This document shows positions 35,101 to 47,376 of a DNA stretch of 47,376 nt, one piece after another. This stretch comes from Toensbergia leucococca. Its lineage: Eukaryota. Both the position numbers and the translations under genes were made by a program. The notes under the pieces were generated by a model. It searched no databases. It was given only the letters and a program-made list of their open reading frames with translations, and was not told the DNA's origin. The DNA is taken from positions 186,001 through 233,376 of the forward strand of contig JALDZS010000013.1 of the NCBI GenBank assembly GCA_022813965.1. Reading direction: 5' to 3'. The stretch's first letter is position 1. The number at the start of each line of letters is the position of its first letter.

Positions 35101-35314
35101 CAAAGGCTGGGAGAAAGCGTCAAGGAATATACTCACAAAGCGGCGTCAAACGCCTCTTAATCTGAAGGTCTTCTCATCAACATAGAGATAATCTGCGTTT
35201 TTAGCTTCTTGTTGTTTAGAAAAAGGAACGGTTTGCTGCAACCAATGATCACTGGAGGTAGGTAGGTAAGTAGGTAGATATACAGGTCCTCGCGAGCTTT
35301 TACGGGTTTTGCTA

Positions 35315-36103
35315 CCGTATAATCTGTCATATAAGATACTAATATTATAGTCCGTTCATCGTCTGAAATTCAATTGAAACCATATCTTATAGCGGAGTAT
35401 ATCTTTTAAACAAACTATATCTTATACTCAGTCCTCGGGCAAGGTCTGAGCTGAGAATCAATACATTCACTTGAGAAATTCATCATACTCGTTACCAACC
35501 TCCCTAACACATCCCCGCCTCATCTTTACACATCTCATCTTTACACATCTATCTGATTATGATCCCCTCTCATACTCCCTTAAAGGGACAGATCGCTGAA
35601 CTAGCTGATGAGCGTTATGATAAACATCATAAGAAGCATGCTTCCGGAAAGTATACTGTAGGTGAAAGATGTGTGATGTTGACGGAGTGAGTGGGTCAGG
35701 CATGAAGGGAGTTTCATAAGGATCCAATTAAGTCAGAATTGATACGCAAAACCTTTAGACAAGTAGGACTTTCCTTAGCTATGGACGGGAGCGAGGATAA
35801 GGAGTTATGGATCAAGGACATACCAGATATTCAGGTGGGGGACTGAACTAGAAGATCTGAAGAAACAACCAATCTTGACTCAGTGGATGAAAATAAGAGG
35901 AGGGGGAGGAGGTTCAGGTATTTGACACTGATGATGAGGATGAGGATGAAGAGGTGGAATACATACCTGAGACCCCCCCCCCACATGTAGATATTATCTT
36001 ATAGACCAAAACTCCCTCGGTCTGTAGAAATCAATTTGGAACCATATCTTATAGCGGAGTATATCTTGTAAGCCGACCATATCTTATGTGACAGATTATA
36101 CGG
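35315..36103 (+). mobile_element. Internally deleted pogo-like DNA transposon (~790 bp)
   Basis: 24-bp TIRs CCGTATAATCTGTCATATAAGATA / TATCTTATGTGACAGATTATACGG (1 mismatch); ~40-bp subterminal direct repeat (AAACCATATCTTATAGCGGAGTATATCTT); internal relic VMLTE*VGQA*…LIRKTFRQVGLSLAMDGSEDKELWIKD resembling a pogo transposase C-terminus. Confidence 0.8.
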
Positions 36104-36366
36104 CACTTTAATTAATTAGAGGTCTCGCAGAGAACAGAACAAAGTCATCATTCTATCTACAGTCATGTGCTTCAACCTCATGGACGCCAGTAGTTCCACG
36201 GCTTCTATTTTCTACAGACAAGTCACTGCTCACAACTCATCCACACGCTGTGTCATAGCAAAAAGCCTCCGCAAAATCAGAACAGCATAACTTCCTATCG
36301 CATACTCTCTTCGCAGCCTTAAGCAGAGAGAGAGATAAAAGAGTAAAACAAAGCATCACTCGAGCC

Positions 36367-38260
36367 TTACTTAGGAGGGGCATGTCTACTCCTGCCAGCC
36401 CCAGAGGACCTGATTTTTGTCAGCAGCAGCTCTTCGTGTCTAACAAACAATAGACTTACATGCTAATTCTCCGAGCAACCTGTGCTAAACCACTATCATT
36501 CTCCGCCTCCATACTCGCTCGCTCGAGTGCTTGCTTCCGGTGTTCCTCACTCGTCCTTTGAACTTCCTCGTGCGAGGGCGGTAACCTCTCGTTCTGTAGA
36601 TCAACCTTTCGTGCATCCTCAAAGTTATGGATTGCCTGCTTGATTCCTTCTGCACCCAGCATTAGTGTACCTGCAGGTAAACGTCCACCGGATGCCGTTT
36701 TCAATTCTGTGACTCTCTCAGATTCCTCACGAAGTACTTGGAACACACGTGAGAGGCGTCCAATTGCCAAAATCTTGTTTTTGATAGCCCGCCTCTTGAA
36801 TTCGGTTGAATCAGGATCCATATTTGTCAATGGCGGAGAGGCAGGTGCGGATACGAGTGGTGTCGGATCTTCAAGCTCCTCCTTTGAGCATGTATTCAAG
36901 ATTGCTATCAGCATGTCGGTGATTTTTTCACCGACGAACGGTAAGGACCAGGTGAATACGTCCATGAAGTTTGGTAACCAGTAAGGATGTGGAGTGCAGT
37001 TGAATTGCCGAATGTTCATGACGTTGTTTTCGTACTTCAAGACTGCTGCTTTGTTGTTATACACATCAAGGTAATTGGGTGCACTAAAGATGGTCATGAC
37101 GCTAGGGAATCCAGTTGTCCTCGTCTTCCGATACATACGATATCCAGCATCTTGAGCTTCGTGTGCACGAATAACAGACAACAGATTGTTTTTCTCCAGA
37201 AAGGCACAAGCAGCGGGGTACGAGAAGAAGTATGAACATCCTCGGACATGGTTGTGAACGAAGAATTCTGACGTTTTCTCCTGACCAAACTCCTCAAGTG
37301 GATCAGCCCACAATATATCACACATTAGACCGTGAGTTGGGGGCTCGCGGAACCGATCAATCTAAAGGTTACATTAGCTTTTCTAGCCAGTACCTCGGCC
37401 GCAATTAACTTACGCCCTTGAGGTCATCCAATGTATGTAACTCCGGGCTCAGACCCCCGTGTATACACAGAAATTGTTTGTTCATGATTGCTGCCAATGG
37501 CAGCGCGCAGAACGACTCCATACAGGCCTCATATATTTTCTCTGAATACTTATGTTTGCATTCCAGTTTAAATGTAAAGTAATCTGTTAGATGTCGGCAC
37601 TCATGATTACCCCTAAGTAGCCATAAAGTGTTGGGATACCAGATTTTGAGAGACCAAAGGTACAGAACACACTTTAAAACATGTTTGTTAGTCATGCTAT
37701 TACTCGCTAGGCTAATAGGTTAAGACTTGCCTCTATACTGAAGTACCCTCTGTCCACATAATCTCCCAAGAAAAGATATCGTGTCTCTGCTGGATCACCG
37801 CCTACTTCAAAGAGTTTCATTAGATCGAAATATTGGCCGTGAACATCCCCACAAACGGTGATTGGTGCGTCCATTTCCAGTAGATTAGGTTCGTTCTTGA
37901 GCACCTCAGTCCCTAGTTGTATGATCCATAGAGCTTGTTCCTCGGTCAAACGCCCCTCGCGATAGAAATGCTGCTTAAGGAATTGGAGATTGGGTTTGTT
38001 ACGGTCATGCGGAGACAGGAATTGGTCTTCCGTAGGGGGATGGAATGCTGGTGCTTGCACTTCTATAGAGAAATACGAGTCAGGAAAATCTTTCAGTAGG
38101 AGCCAGACAGATTCATACCCTTGCAGACTCGCTCCTGTGTACTCACTTGAGTACCATCTTCCATGGTATGCAGCGTAAAGTCTATCTCTGGTACTGGTCG
38201 TTTCTCATGAACGGCGCGGACAGTGTTATCGATCTGGCTCGAGCCTGCATTTCGATCCAT
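36367..38260 (-). CDS. cnaA: Calcineurin (PP2B) catalytic subunit A, multi-exon
   Basis: GDVHGQ, GDYVDRG, LRGNHE, SAPNYLD, the CnB-binding [19 protein letters not shown], the CaM-binding [15 protein letters not shown] and the autoinhibitory [16 protein letters not shown]. Confidence 0.97.
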
Positions 38261-38893
38261 GGTTGCTATCTTATTTGGGAGGTTGCGTCGCAATACTGCA
38301 GTTTCTTGCCCTTGAGGTTAGTGTGAGAAAGGCGAAGAGTAGCAGTTATTCGAAGTGGACGGACTGCGCAGCTGCGCGATGCCGAAGGAGAGATGTGTCG
38401 ATGCCAGCACGTCGAGTTGTTTAATCAGATTACGTGGAACACCTCTGATCGTCAAACATTCAATCTCCCTACGACTGAACGGGAGGCAATAACATAAATT
38501 GAAGGTTTACCAACAGAGTCAGGGGGGAAATGCTGTGGACAACGCAGAGATGAGAAGATTTATTTTGTACAAGTACGGAGCACTGCCGATTCAAAGGGCG
38601 AGGTCGCTTCAACGTCGAGAATTGGAGGGATTATCAAATATCTTGAGACACAGTCCAAAGATAAAGTGGCGAATCTGATATGGAGAAAAGAAGTGCAAGC
38701 TGAAACATCACGAGCCTGATTTTGCTTCTCGATTTCTCGCTACGGACGCGGGGGATTCCAGCCCTACAAGCCCTACCTAATCGAGCTTAACAGGAGATAC
38801 CTTAGGCTCAGGGCACCTCGGCATATCTGTAAGTTCAAACCTACCATTTCTTTCTCACACACCTCTATGCTAATCACACCCTTCGCGCCAACC

Positions 38894-39483
38894 ATGTACG
38901 ACGGAAGTGAGTTCCACACCCCATCCATAGATATGACTCCATTATTCATCCATCGACAGGGCCTCATCCACTTCTAGCCCAAATCCCTCTTACTGTATCC
39001 CCGTTTATCTCTCTTCCCACCGCCACAACTCTACCTTATACTTACAAAACTCTCCCATCGACATTGCCGCCCTCCTCGACTGCCGATAGCAACGGCGTCG
39101 AGAGAGAAAAATACGTCGTCTCCGCGTCGGGCCACGCTGCGCATCCGGATGATATCATACAGTCGTGTCAGGCACTACAAGCCCACCTACAAAAATTGCA
39201 GGATGATGCCAAAAAGGCTCTGAAAGAATGGGAAGACGACATGGAAAAACAAGTCCTTGCAGAGAAGAGGCGAGTAGCACCTGGTTGGCTGGATAGAGAG
39301 GAGAAGATCCTCGAACCGGAGAGGAAAAGAGCCAGTCTGGTGCCATCTTCCCAGGCGGATCATAATCAGAACATCATGGATAGTCAAGGTGATGGACTTA
39401 GTAATGAGGCCGAGGCATATAATCAGTCCAATGCGGCAGGCGACGAGCTTGATCGGGCTTTTGGAGGCATAACTCTTCAATAA
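38894..39483 (+). CDS. Conserved fungal hypothetical protein (2 exons)
   Basis: ATG TAC GAC GGA A|GTGAGT…TAG| joins in frame to QIPLTVSPFISLPTATTLPYTYKTLPSTLPP…EKRRVAPGWLDREEKILEP…GDELDRAFGG. Confidence 0.7.
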
Positions 39484-39853
39484 CACCTGAGGAAGGCTGG
39501 TCTAAGCCATGACACTGGATGCACCTATTTCTCGGATTGTTGCATTTGTATCTCGTCCAGAATTGACTCCATGTTGGCAACGTGCTGTCAAGTATAAGGT
39601 AGCCAAGGAATGAACAAAGGCATCGAGTAGACAGCTAGCTACTCACATATGATTGACCGCAATATAAGAATCCCTTCTCTCCGTTGATTTGTTATATATT
39701 GAACATACGTGCAAGTTGAGCAAAGTAATCAGTAGTACGTACTTCTCGACTGGCTGCATATCCATATTTCAGGCGTAAATTTGTTTTTGAGGACTATTGA
39801 ACGAATCACATGAAATAAATATTTCTCTCTCTCTCCACATCAACGACAGCAAT

Positions 39854-40825
39854 ATGGAAGCCATCTCCCAAGCCCCAACCTCCAGTTCCTTCACCCCACT
39901 GTCAACCCACGAGTCCGAAACCCCCACCTCCTTCTTTTCTGGTCCCCCAGTCCTCTACCACCACTCTCCCAACGCCCAACTCCTTATTCATCGTAGTGAC
40001 CTCGCCGCCGCTGCCGCCTTCTCCAGATTCAGCGCCGACCCTCAAAGTGATTACACCAATGGCGCTGCAACAAATGGCGACAGCTCCGAGCACGACGATG
40101 AGGAAGTAGCAATAGAGGTAGACATATGGGTAACATCCGAGTAAGCCAGGAATCCCCCAATCCCTCAATCCTCAACTGAACTCCTTAGAACCTTCACAAT
40201 CTGGTCCCCCTCTCGAAACCACGGCATCTCAATCCCCTACCCCTCCATCTCCCTCCACGCAATCCAAAGCTCCCCCACCCCACCAACCCAATCCCTTTTC
40301 CTCCAAGTCCTCACCTCAGCCATCAATTACGATGACCACGACCCCGAAAATACAATCTCCTTAACCATCATTCCCGCTCCCTCTCCCCCTCCATCCGCCG
40401 ATTCCTCTTCCGTCTCGTCCTCCCCACCCCCTTCCCCAACCCAACTGCTCTTCTCCGCCCTTTCCGCCTGCTCCGCCCTTCACCCCGACCCAGTCTCAGA
40501 CTCCGAAAACGAAGACATTCCTTTCGAAGACTCGGCCTATGTTCTCTCCGACTCGGAGACTACAGCATACGAAACACGCGTTACTAACAGCAGCAGCCGT
40601 GGACTGCCACCCGCGCTACCCGGGAGCGGAGGTTGGATCACGGCCGAAAACGTGGACGATTATTTTGACGCCGACGGGAATTGGAGCAGGGAGGAAGGGG
40701 GTAGTTTGGGTACCGGAGCGGGATATGTGCGATTGAGGGAAGAGGAGGCGACGGATGGTGGGGATGGGGAGGAGGAGGAGCAGGATGGAGAGGGCGAGGA
40801 ATCGAAATGGCGCCGGACGGATTGA
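39854..40825 (+). CDS. LOT5: pICln/Lot5 (Voldacs domain) protein, 2 exons
   Basis: FTPLSTHESETPTSFFSGPPVLY, DIWVTSE|…GISIPYPSISLHAIQ, LFSALSACSALHPDP, GGWITAENV and a C-terminal SKWRRTD*. Confidence 0.85.
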
Positions 40826-43306
40826 GGGAACATGGTGGGGGAGAGATCGTTGAAACGAGATTTATGGTACGAATAGTAGAAGCTATTAATGCATCAACAC
40901 CACCAATGCAACCCCCTATCATTAAAATTTGCTTCAATCACTGACGACCGAAGACGCTCGGCCATCTCCAGCAAAGGAGTCAAGAGGGCCAGCACGACGC
41001 AGCAGCACAAATGGCATCCTACTCCATACTAGGCGATATCATCACACTTTCCAAAACAAAATCCATAGTCAGCGAAACGTGTAATGCATATTCAAGGGCG
41101 CCAGGTAAAGTGTTTCAAGCAGCCCGCTTGCAGTCAAAGAACCCCCCCCCAGTCCCCCACGGGGCTCACACGAAGAAGAAGAGAAAGATATAACTTGTGA
41201 TTTTTGCTTTCTCCCTTATCTATCTCCTAGGGCGATGGTGGCTGGGATTTTCAATCTCCTTTTTTTCCCAGACCCCCCGCCCCCGGCCGAGAAATGGGGT
41301 GTGAAATGGGCAGGCTGCACCTCTCTAGATTTTAATCCTTTTCTATGCCGCGTTTCTGTTCTCTGTCACACATCCCCCCCCCCTACGCAAAGAGCAGCAG
41401 CGTTCGCTACACCTTCTGCGCGTTTTTTGGTTTGTAGCCCCTTTTTTGTGTTTGGAAATCTTTTCGTTTTCATCTATTGACTATTGTTGTTTTTTGAGCG
41501 GTGCTTTTTTTTCAACGACCCCATCCTTCCTTTTTTGAAGAATTGTATCTTTTTTGTTTTGGTTTGTTCTTTTTCTTTTCTTTTGAGATGGCGGGGCTGG
41601 GCGGAACGGGGCGGGATGGGGTGCTTTTTGGATGAGGGGCGGAGAGGGGACTTGCTAGGTCTGGGTGGAACGAGGGCCTTTTTGAGAAGGATTTCAATTC
41701 CCACCAAGACCGCTGCTTCAGTCTCCCTTTTCGATGCCGGTCTGCCCGATGGACTGTGGGATCAGCTACCACTGCACCGAAACCAAGGCTTTTGATAATT
41801 GATCGACTAAATAGCCGACTATTAGTCTTTGGTAGTCGATTGTTAAATAGTCGATCTGATTCTTGATTTTGGTAGTCGATTATTTAGGTAGTCGATTATC
41901 GGTAGGACTAATAGTCAACTGATTATTTTGATGATTCTTTGAGGGGGTGTTTTTGGAAAAGCCCAAGCTTTCGCAGATTGCTACCGTTCCTTCTACGTGA
42001 TAACGGAGTTGAGTTGAGTTGAATTGAGTTGAGGTGAGCGGGGACCCCAGGGGAGGGGATGTTGAGGCTCTTTTCTGCGGCCGATGTGTGTTGGGCTTGT
42101 TGGGAGCTGGGGATGTGAGGGGGGAGGGTTTTGGGGATGGGACGGAGCTTTGAGGGAGTGGAAGGGGTTTTTGGGCTGATGGGGTGGGGGGGGGTGGATT
42201 GGAATGCCTTCGTCCTGTATTTCTGTTTGGTGGAGCGGCTTTTGGGCCGTGCAAAGCTGGCGAAAGAGGGTTAGGTTGTTGGGGATTCCCTGGATGGTTG
42301 TGGGACTTGTGACCGTTTTTTTGGGGGGGGGGGGAACTTCTGGAGACTTGGTGGGATTTTCGATTGATATGGGGGTAGAGAAGCTTTCCTTGTTTTTGTC
42401 TAGAGTGGAATACATGGTGTTATCCCCTGCTCGAGGGAGGATCTCAACACCGTGAATGAATCGTAGTCGAGTTGGCAGTCGTCGCATGAATTTTGAGGCA
42501 TATAACATGGTACATCAAGCCTTCGGGGAAAAGCTCCATATGCATTACCAGCACAGCGTTAGAGTTTTTCTTCATCTTATTTTATATCCGTTTGTCACGC
42601 AGAGCTTTGTACACTGCCTGAGACGCAACCGCTTGTATCTTTGCTCTCTTTCTTTTTTTTGGGGGGGGGTGGGTGCTTTTCTTTCTTGTGCTTCTCAAAG
42701 CCACCAACCAATATCGGTTCTGGTTCTGAGTCTCCTGCCTGGACTTCAATCCTTGGCGCCAGTGGCCTTTTGTCGACATTTCTTTTGCTTGGGGTTGTTT
42801 GTTGGGATGGTGCGTCGATGCTGGAGACTCATTCACATGAATGTTGATGAGGTGAGATTTGTTACTTCGATTAGGGTTTGAGGGCTGCTACGACCACCAT
42901 TGATAATGTAAGGGATCTCTTTCTCTGTCGCTAGGGGCGATATTGCTGCTGTTTTTGATTGTTAGAGGGATCGTGTTTTGTGATGGTGATGGTGGGTGGA
43001 AAGGGATGGGTGTAAGATTGCTTGATCGATGATTCTTCAACGTGTAGAGATGATTTGTAGTGTGAGATCTCTATTTCCTAGGTTCTTGTTGGCTGAGTAC
43101 CAAGAGAATGTCAACTGAAACAGTTCTTTCTCTCTCTTTAGAAGACGAGAGGTGTAGGACCAGAATCTTTTCCATTCAATTGCAGGACTGCATCAACGTG
43201 ATAACGAGAGAGTATCCCCTGGATGTTGCTCAAGAACACTAGCTGCTGTCCCCCGGAACAGAACTTTGAAACGACACGTGAAGAATAGAGACATATCCAA
43301 GCTCCG

Positions 43307-43863
43307 TCACATTTTACCCTTGAGCTCGCCATCCTCCCAAGCCAGCGCCACTCCCTTTTCGGCCCACACCTTCTCCTCGGCGCTCTTCCACGGCGGCGGT
43401 ACCATGCCCTGTATTTTCCACAGGTCGCGTGGGGTGTCATTGATATGGTATTCCCACCTCAAATCCCCCCTTGCCGCGATATGCGGGGCTAGGAGCTACC
43501 AGTAAACGAAGTTTGAATCAGCCATGATCTTCTTTTCCCCCAATATTTTCCTGAGCGGCAGAGTCCCACAACGCCCGTCTTGTCAAATGGAAATGCACGT
43601 ACCTTGTCAATCTCGGCACACATGGAAGCTCTCACTTCTATGGGCCGATGGATAGCAATATGCTCAATGGCGATACGAACATAATCCGTCACCGGCTTGC
43701 CGGCAATGTAGAAGTTTTCCGCCTCGACGGGGATGAAGATGACGTTGACGTAGAAGCCAGGGAGGTGAGATGTTGTGTACAACGATGTGATTGATTCTCC
43801 TAGCGCTTGTTTCTGATCGATGGTAAAGGTGGAGGGATGGGAGAAGATTCGCCAGAGAGGCAT
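43307..43863 (-). CDS. Tautomerase superfamily protein (cis-CaaD-like / putative oxalocrotonate tautomerase), 2 exons
   Basis: N-terminal (M)PLWRIFS with catalytic Pro1, LPGFYVNVIF and RIAIEHIA; exon 2 RWEYHINDTPRDLWKIQGMVPPPWKSAEEKVW. Confidence 0.88.
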
Positions 43864-44371
43864 ATTGGAGGACGATCTTAGCTAAAGACTCTTAGTAGAG
43901 GGCAGAGCGATTGAAGAGATGGTGCTGGTAAAATTGATGGGTGATGTGGAAGCTGCTGCGGTTTTATATGTTTGTTGCTAGAGAAGGCACTTGAGAGGTC
44001 AAGTTGAAGGCCATTCTTCGAGCCTCTTATATACCCACCCAGTCAGTCTCTTTTCGAAGATGATTACTATTTCCTCCCTCGAATGGGAAATCGTGTTAAC
44101 GATGGAACATGCTGTAAATATCTTGGCAGATCAGTAATCGGCTCCAAGCCAAACCTCCACTCCCTCCAGCTTATCTGAGAAGCACAAAAGAGGCCAATGC
44201 TTACTTGCCGCATCAGTTGTATCGAGCATGACTCGGCTCACAGTCTGCACGACGTGGCTGTTCGATTGAACGACGAAGGACTTGTATTAGTATGATGGAT
44301 GGAGTCGGATAAATGTCAGAATATGGACAGGCCGAGGCAATTTGACATTCAAGTGCTTGCAAACGTCTTTT

Positions 44372-44412
44372 CCGAACCGAACCGAACCGAAATGGAAATG
44401 GAAATGGAAATG
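44372..44412. repeat. Compound microsatellite (CCGAA)4(ATGGAA)n
   Basis: Read directly. Confidence 0.8.
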
Positions 44413-45126
44413 AAAGCGAAAGCACAAACTTCGACTTTGCTTGCACATTGAACCGCATTTGCCCCGTGGGCGAGAGTATATCAACTTGGTCTAGTGATGC
44501 CCTGGGCATTCTTCAACATGGCTTCTTCTCCAATAGACGCCGCATAAGATAAAACGTCAAAGCAAAAAAGGGACGAGTTATCAGTTGCATACACAAGCCA
44601 AAACATATGAATCAGATATGATCATCTCTCTAGGATAGCCAAAGTAGTGGGAAGAAAAATCAGGTTGTAGAGATGAGAGAAGGATAACGAGAGATAGTTG
44701 AAAAGGATGGTGTACGTCGTGGGCCGCTTATGTGCGTTGTGATGGAATGGAGAGTGCAGATGACACTATATAGTTGAATCGAATTTTGGAGTAGCTAAGA
44801 TTAGGTCCTCGTCTCATATACTAAGACGATTGACAGGTATGACCTTTGAGAATAAAGCCTTGTATTTGATACATTGTAGCTGCAATGGATACGACTGAGC
44901 TCCAATGCTATATTATACACCCAGTAGTCAATGTTCCAATGCTATGCGTACTCCCCCTCCTGATACGTAAACAAACGCAAAAAGGCCAAAGGGTATACAC
45001 TTCCCCATTCCCCTACAAGGCGTCCAGGTGGTATTGAAACAACGTGCGAAAAACGTTGCTTGAGCTGACAGATCAAAATCGCTTCCTCACACCGGTATTC
45101 CCATCTCCCTTTTTTGTTTACCCGAT

Positions 45127-45821
45127 TTATAGCACGGCAATAGCGCCCGCGACAGCCAACGCCAGTCCGCCCATAGCCGCAACAAGGAAAGCTGAGCCGC
45201 TGTTGGAGCCAGCGGCGCTCATAGCTGTAGCCGAGGCTGAAGCCGAAGTCGAAGCCATGCTGCTCGATGGTGAGCTGCTTTCCATCGTGCTGCTGGACAT
45301 TTCCGAGCTGCTGGACATTTTGGTGCTGCTTGACATATCGGAACTGGAAGTAATCGTTGCACCAGCAGCGGCAGAGGTTGAGGAGGCCATCATTGAGGAG
45401 CTAGTCCCGCTCGACATCGAAGAGGTCATGGCGGCAGAGCCTGTGGTCGCTCCAGCGGCTAAGGAGGCTGGTGCTGACGCTGCGCAGGCACACACCGCTG
45501 CCGCCGAAGATTGGACTTGTAGACCTGTGATGGCGCCGCAGGCACTGACAACGCATCCGAGAGCTGCCGTCGCAATGGCGGCTGACGCACTTGGGCTACA
45601 TTGGCATTGGAAATCTGTGGCAGCGCAGCCGACTACGGAGCCGGCGGATATGATACAAGAGTTCTATAGAATGGTGGTTAGAGAGATGAATGCCTTGCCA
45701 AGTGAGGATGAGGAACACAAACGGCGCAGGTGGGAACTTTGGCTGCAATGGCGTCGCAAGCAGATTGGGCCTGGGCTACGGCAGTTAGGCCGAGGACCAC
45801 TGTGAGGGTTGAAAACTTCAT
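45127..45821 (-). CDS. Secreted GPI-anchored CFEM-domain protein with Ser/Met/Thr-rich stalk, 2 exons
   Basis: Signal peptide MKFSTLTVVLGLTAVAQA; Cys pattern PTCA|NSCI…GCAATDFQCQC…GCVVSAC…AVCAC; Ser-rich stalk; hydrophobic C-terminal GPI signal. Confidence 0.88.
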
Positions 45822-47376
45822 TGCTGTGGTTGGCTGATGTTGAATGAGATGGTCCGAATGGGCCGTTAGGAAGACAAGACGGTCTCGAAGACTTGACAAA
45901 TATGAAGAATTGGATTGGGAGTCTTAATTGGGAACACAATAAGTAATTGGTTTTTTCCGGGTGGTGGCTTTATATGACATTTCGGGATGATGGACCGTGG
46001 AAGGGTGGAAAGAGCCGTGCGATGTAATTTACACCTTCAGGGGTGGTAGAAGATTCTAGTGGAGCTTTGTGGCAGGTCCGTGTCGATCAATAGTCTGTAA
46101 GATTGATTCTCGTACAAGGTCAATACTCAATACCGATACTGCCATTGATGATTGACCTACTCTACCTCGGCATAGAATACGGATATTGCTCCATTGAACA
46201 AGGACACCGCATCAGCATTCAGCACCGAGGCACTTGGTAGAGTAATAGTCTTTCAGAACATCTGGCTGCTCAATTCGATACAAGCACCCGTTAACGAGTC
46301 AAGCTGTCAGACTTAAGGTGATGGCTATGACTCTCCAGTGCCACAAGTCAGGACTCAAGAGCACCGTGCGACGCCATTGATTGTTCAGGCAAACATGTCA
46401 GCTAGCACGTGCACCCATCATGCCTCGGGGCTGTGTAAATTTCCCCGCATCCTTGACTCGATGCTTTCCTTACGATTGACGATCAGCTTGGTACGAAGAG
46501 GGAAGGGTAGCGAGGATGCGAGGATGCGAGGATGGGAGGATGGGTACTGGGTTGAATGCTGAATTGGGTGACGGTGAGAGGGAGGGGAGGGTGGCGAGTG
46601 GAGGCATTGGTGAACACGCCCCCCTGCGCTTCGGCTTCCCCACACCTGCAAGCGTGAATATCGAGCCCGATGTCCCGGTGTGGAACGATTGGCTTATTAC
46701 TCGGTAGGTCGAAGCCCAATCGGGGCAATGGCGCATGTAAATGACTTGATTGGTCTCAACTGGTCGAACTCCATGAACATGCCGAACCATCACGACTTGT
46801 ATGACGGTTTCATGTCAGTAACTGCCAGAGATCATTGACTGGTCTGCCAATTCGTGTTTAGAAGTAAAAGGGGTGCTCGTGGGGGTAAAACGGGTAAAAC
46901 GGGTAAAATACGGATAGACTTCAAGTGCTTTCCCGCCACCCACTCAGCGGATAAAACTAGATCCAGTCATCTATCCTATCCAATCACAATGACTGCAATG
47001 CTACACTAACCATTCGCCATCCGTTGCATTTCAAGCCAGCCAACCCCGAGTGCGCGGTCAGAGCCATCTTTTTCGATTCAGGAAGTACTTCTTGATGCTT
47101 TGATCGGACAAGGCTTGATTGATGAGAAGAGCCAGACTGCTCCTTTTGCCGTCTGTAGGAATCTGTCATGTTCTGTTGATGGGGCTCTAATATCTAATCA
47201 ATCTTCGAACCTCGCCGGATAATGGCGTTAGAAAGAGTCTAGTCCAACTGAGCTACCCCATTTGCCCCGCCGGGTACCTGACTTGGCTTCTAAGATTCTC
47301 TGCGGTACCACTAGAACAGGCGTGGAATCCATCAGTATGGTTGGCGTCGTTCAAAGTCTAAATGATGCTTGCAGAG

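Noticed and set aside
14860..36110. Cluster carried by a Starship or other single giant transposon
   Set aside because: No tyrosine-recombinase captain gene and no matching terminal repeats at the two borders were seen.
36367..38260. Calcineurin as a self-resistance or target gene of the PKS cluster
   Set aside because: It looks like the ordinary conserved cnaA, is separated from the cluster by transposon relics and continues into housekeeping genes; nothing in this window suggests a second or variant copy.
41000..42900. Possible orphan gene on the minus strand (ORFs 41993..42508, 42582..42836)
   Set aside because: Homopolymer-rich low-complexity sequence with no recognisable domain or consistent splice model; a decayed gene cannot be excluded.
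43307..43863. Tautomerase as a member of the PKS cluster
   Set aside because: It lies ~9.5 kb away, beyond three unrelated genes, and lacks the shared promoter motif.
45044..45805. 253-aa plus-strand ORF rich in A/E/L
   Set aside because: Antisense shadow of the Ser/Ala-rich CFEM gene, with a non-ATG start.
45900..47376. Short ORFs at the right end
   Set aside because: No coding signatures; the region holds only short simple repeats (GAGGATGC, AAAACGGGT) and is likely intergenic.

Overview
Intron-containing fungal genomic DNA (filamentous ascomycete gene style; species not determinable from sequence alone). From left to right: (1) a head-to-head pair, 364 bp apart, of a catalytically intact kinase–Sel1-like–ankyrin gene (minus strand, runs off the window) and an intronless HeLo–pseudokinase gene whose architecture and degenerate motifs resemble MLKL, a candidate fungal RIPK3/MLKL-like cell-death module; (2) housekeeping genes (SPX-EXS SYG1, CipC-like, alpha/beta-hydrolase, Mmc1-like); (3) a ~19 kb six-gene biosynthetic cluster (DHA2 MFS pump, PLP-dependent alpha-oxoamine synthase, two SDRs, a stand-alone PKS-type C-methyltransferase, and a highly reducing PKS KS-AT-DH-cMT-ER-KR-ACP) of the polyketide-amino acid / sphingoid-analogue type. 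The cluster carries a MITE, a shared promoter motif, and a duplicate of the synthase 3' end with RIP-like mutations that, with the gene's own 3' end, brackets the three tailoring genes; Tc1/pogo transposon relics border it on the right; (4) calcineurin A, a conserved hypothetical gene, LOT5/pICln, a tautomerase and a GPI-anchored CFEM gene. Exon boundaries were read by eye and family calls come from motif recognition, not database searches.
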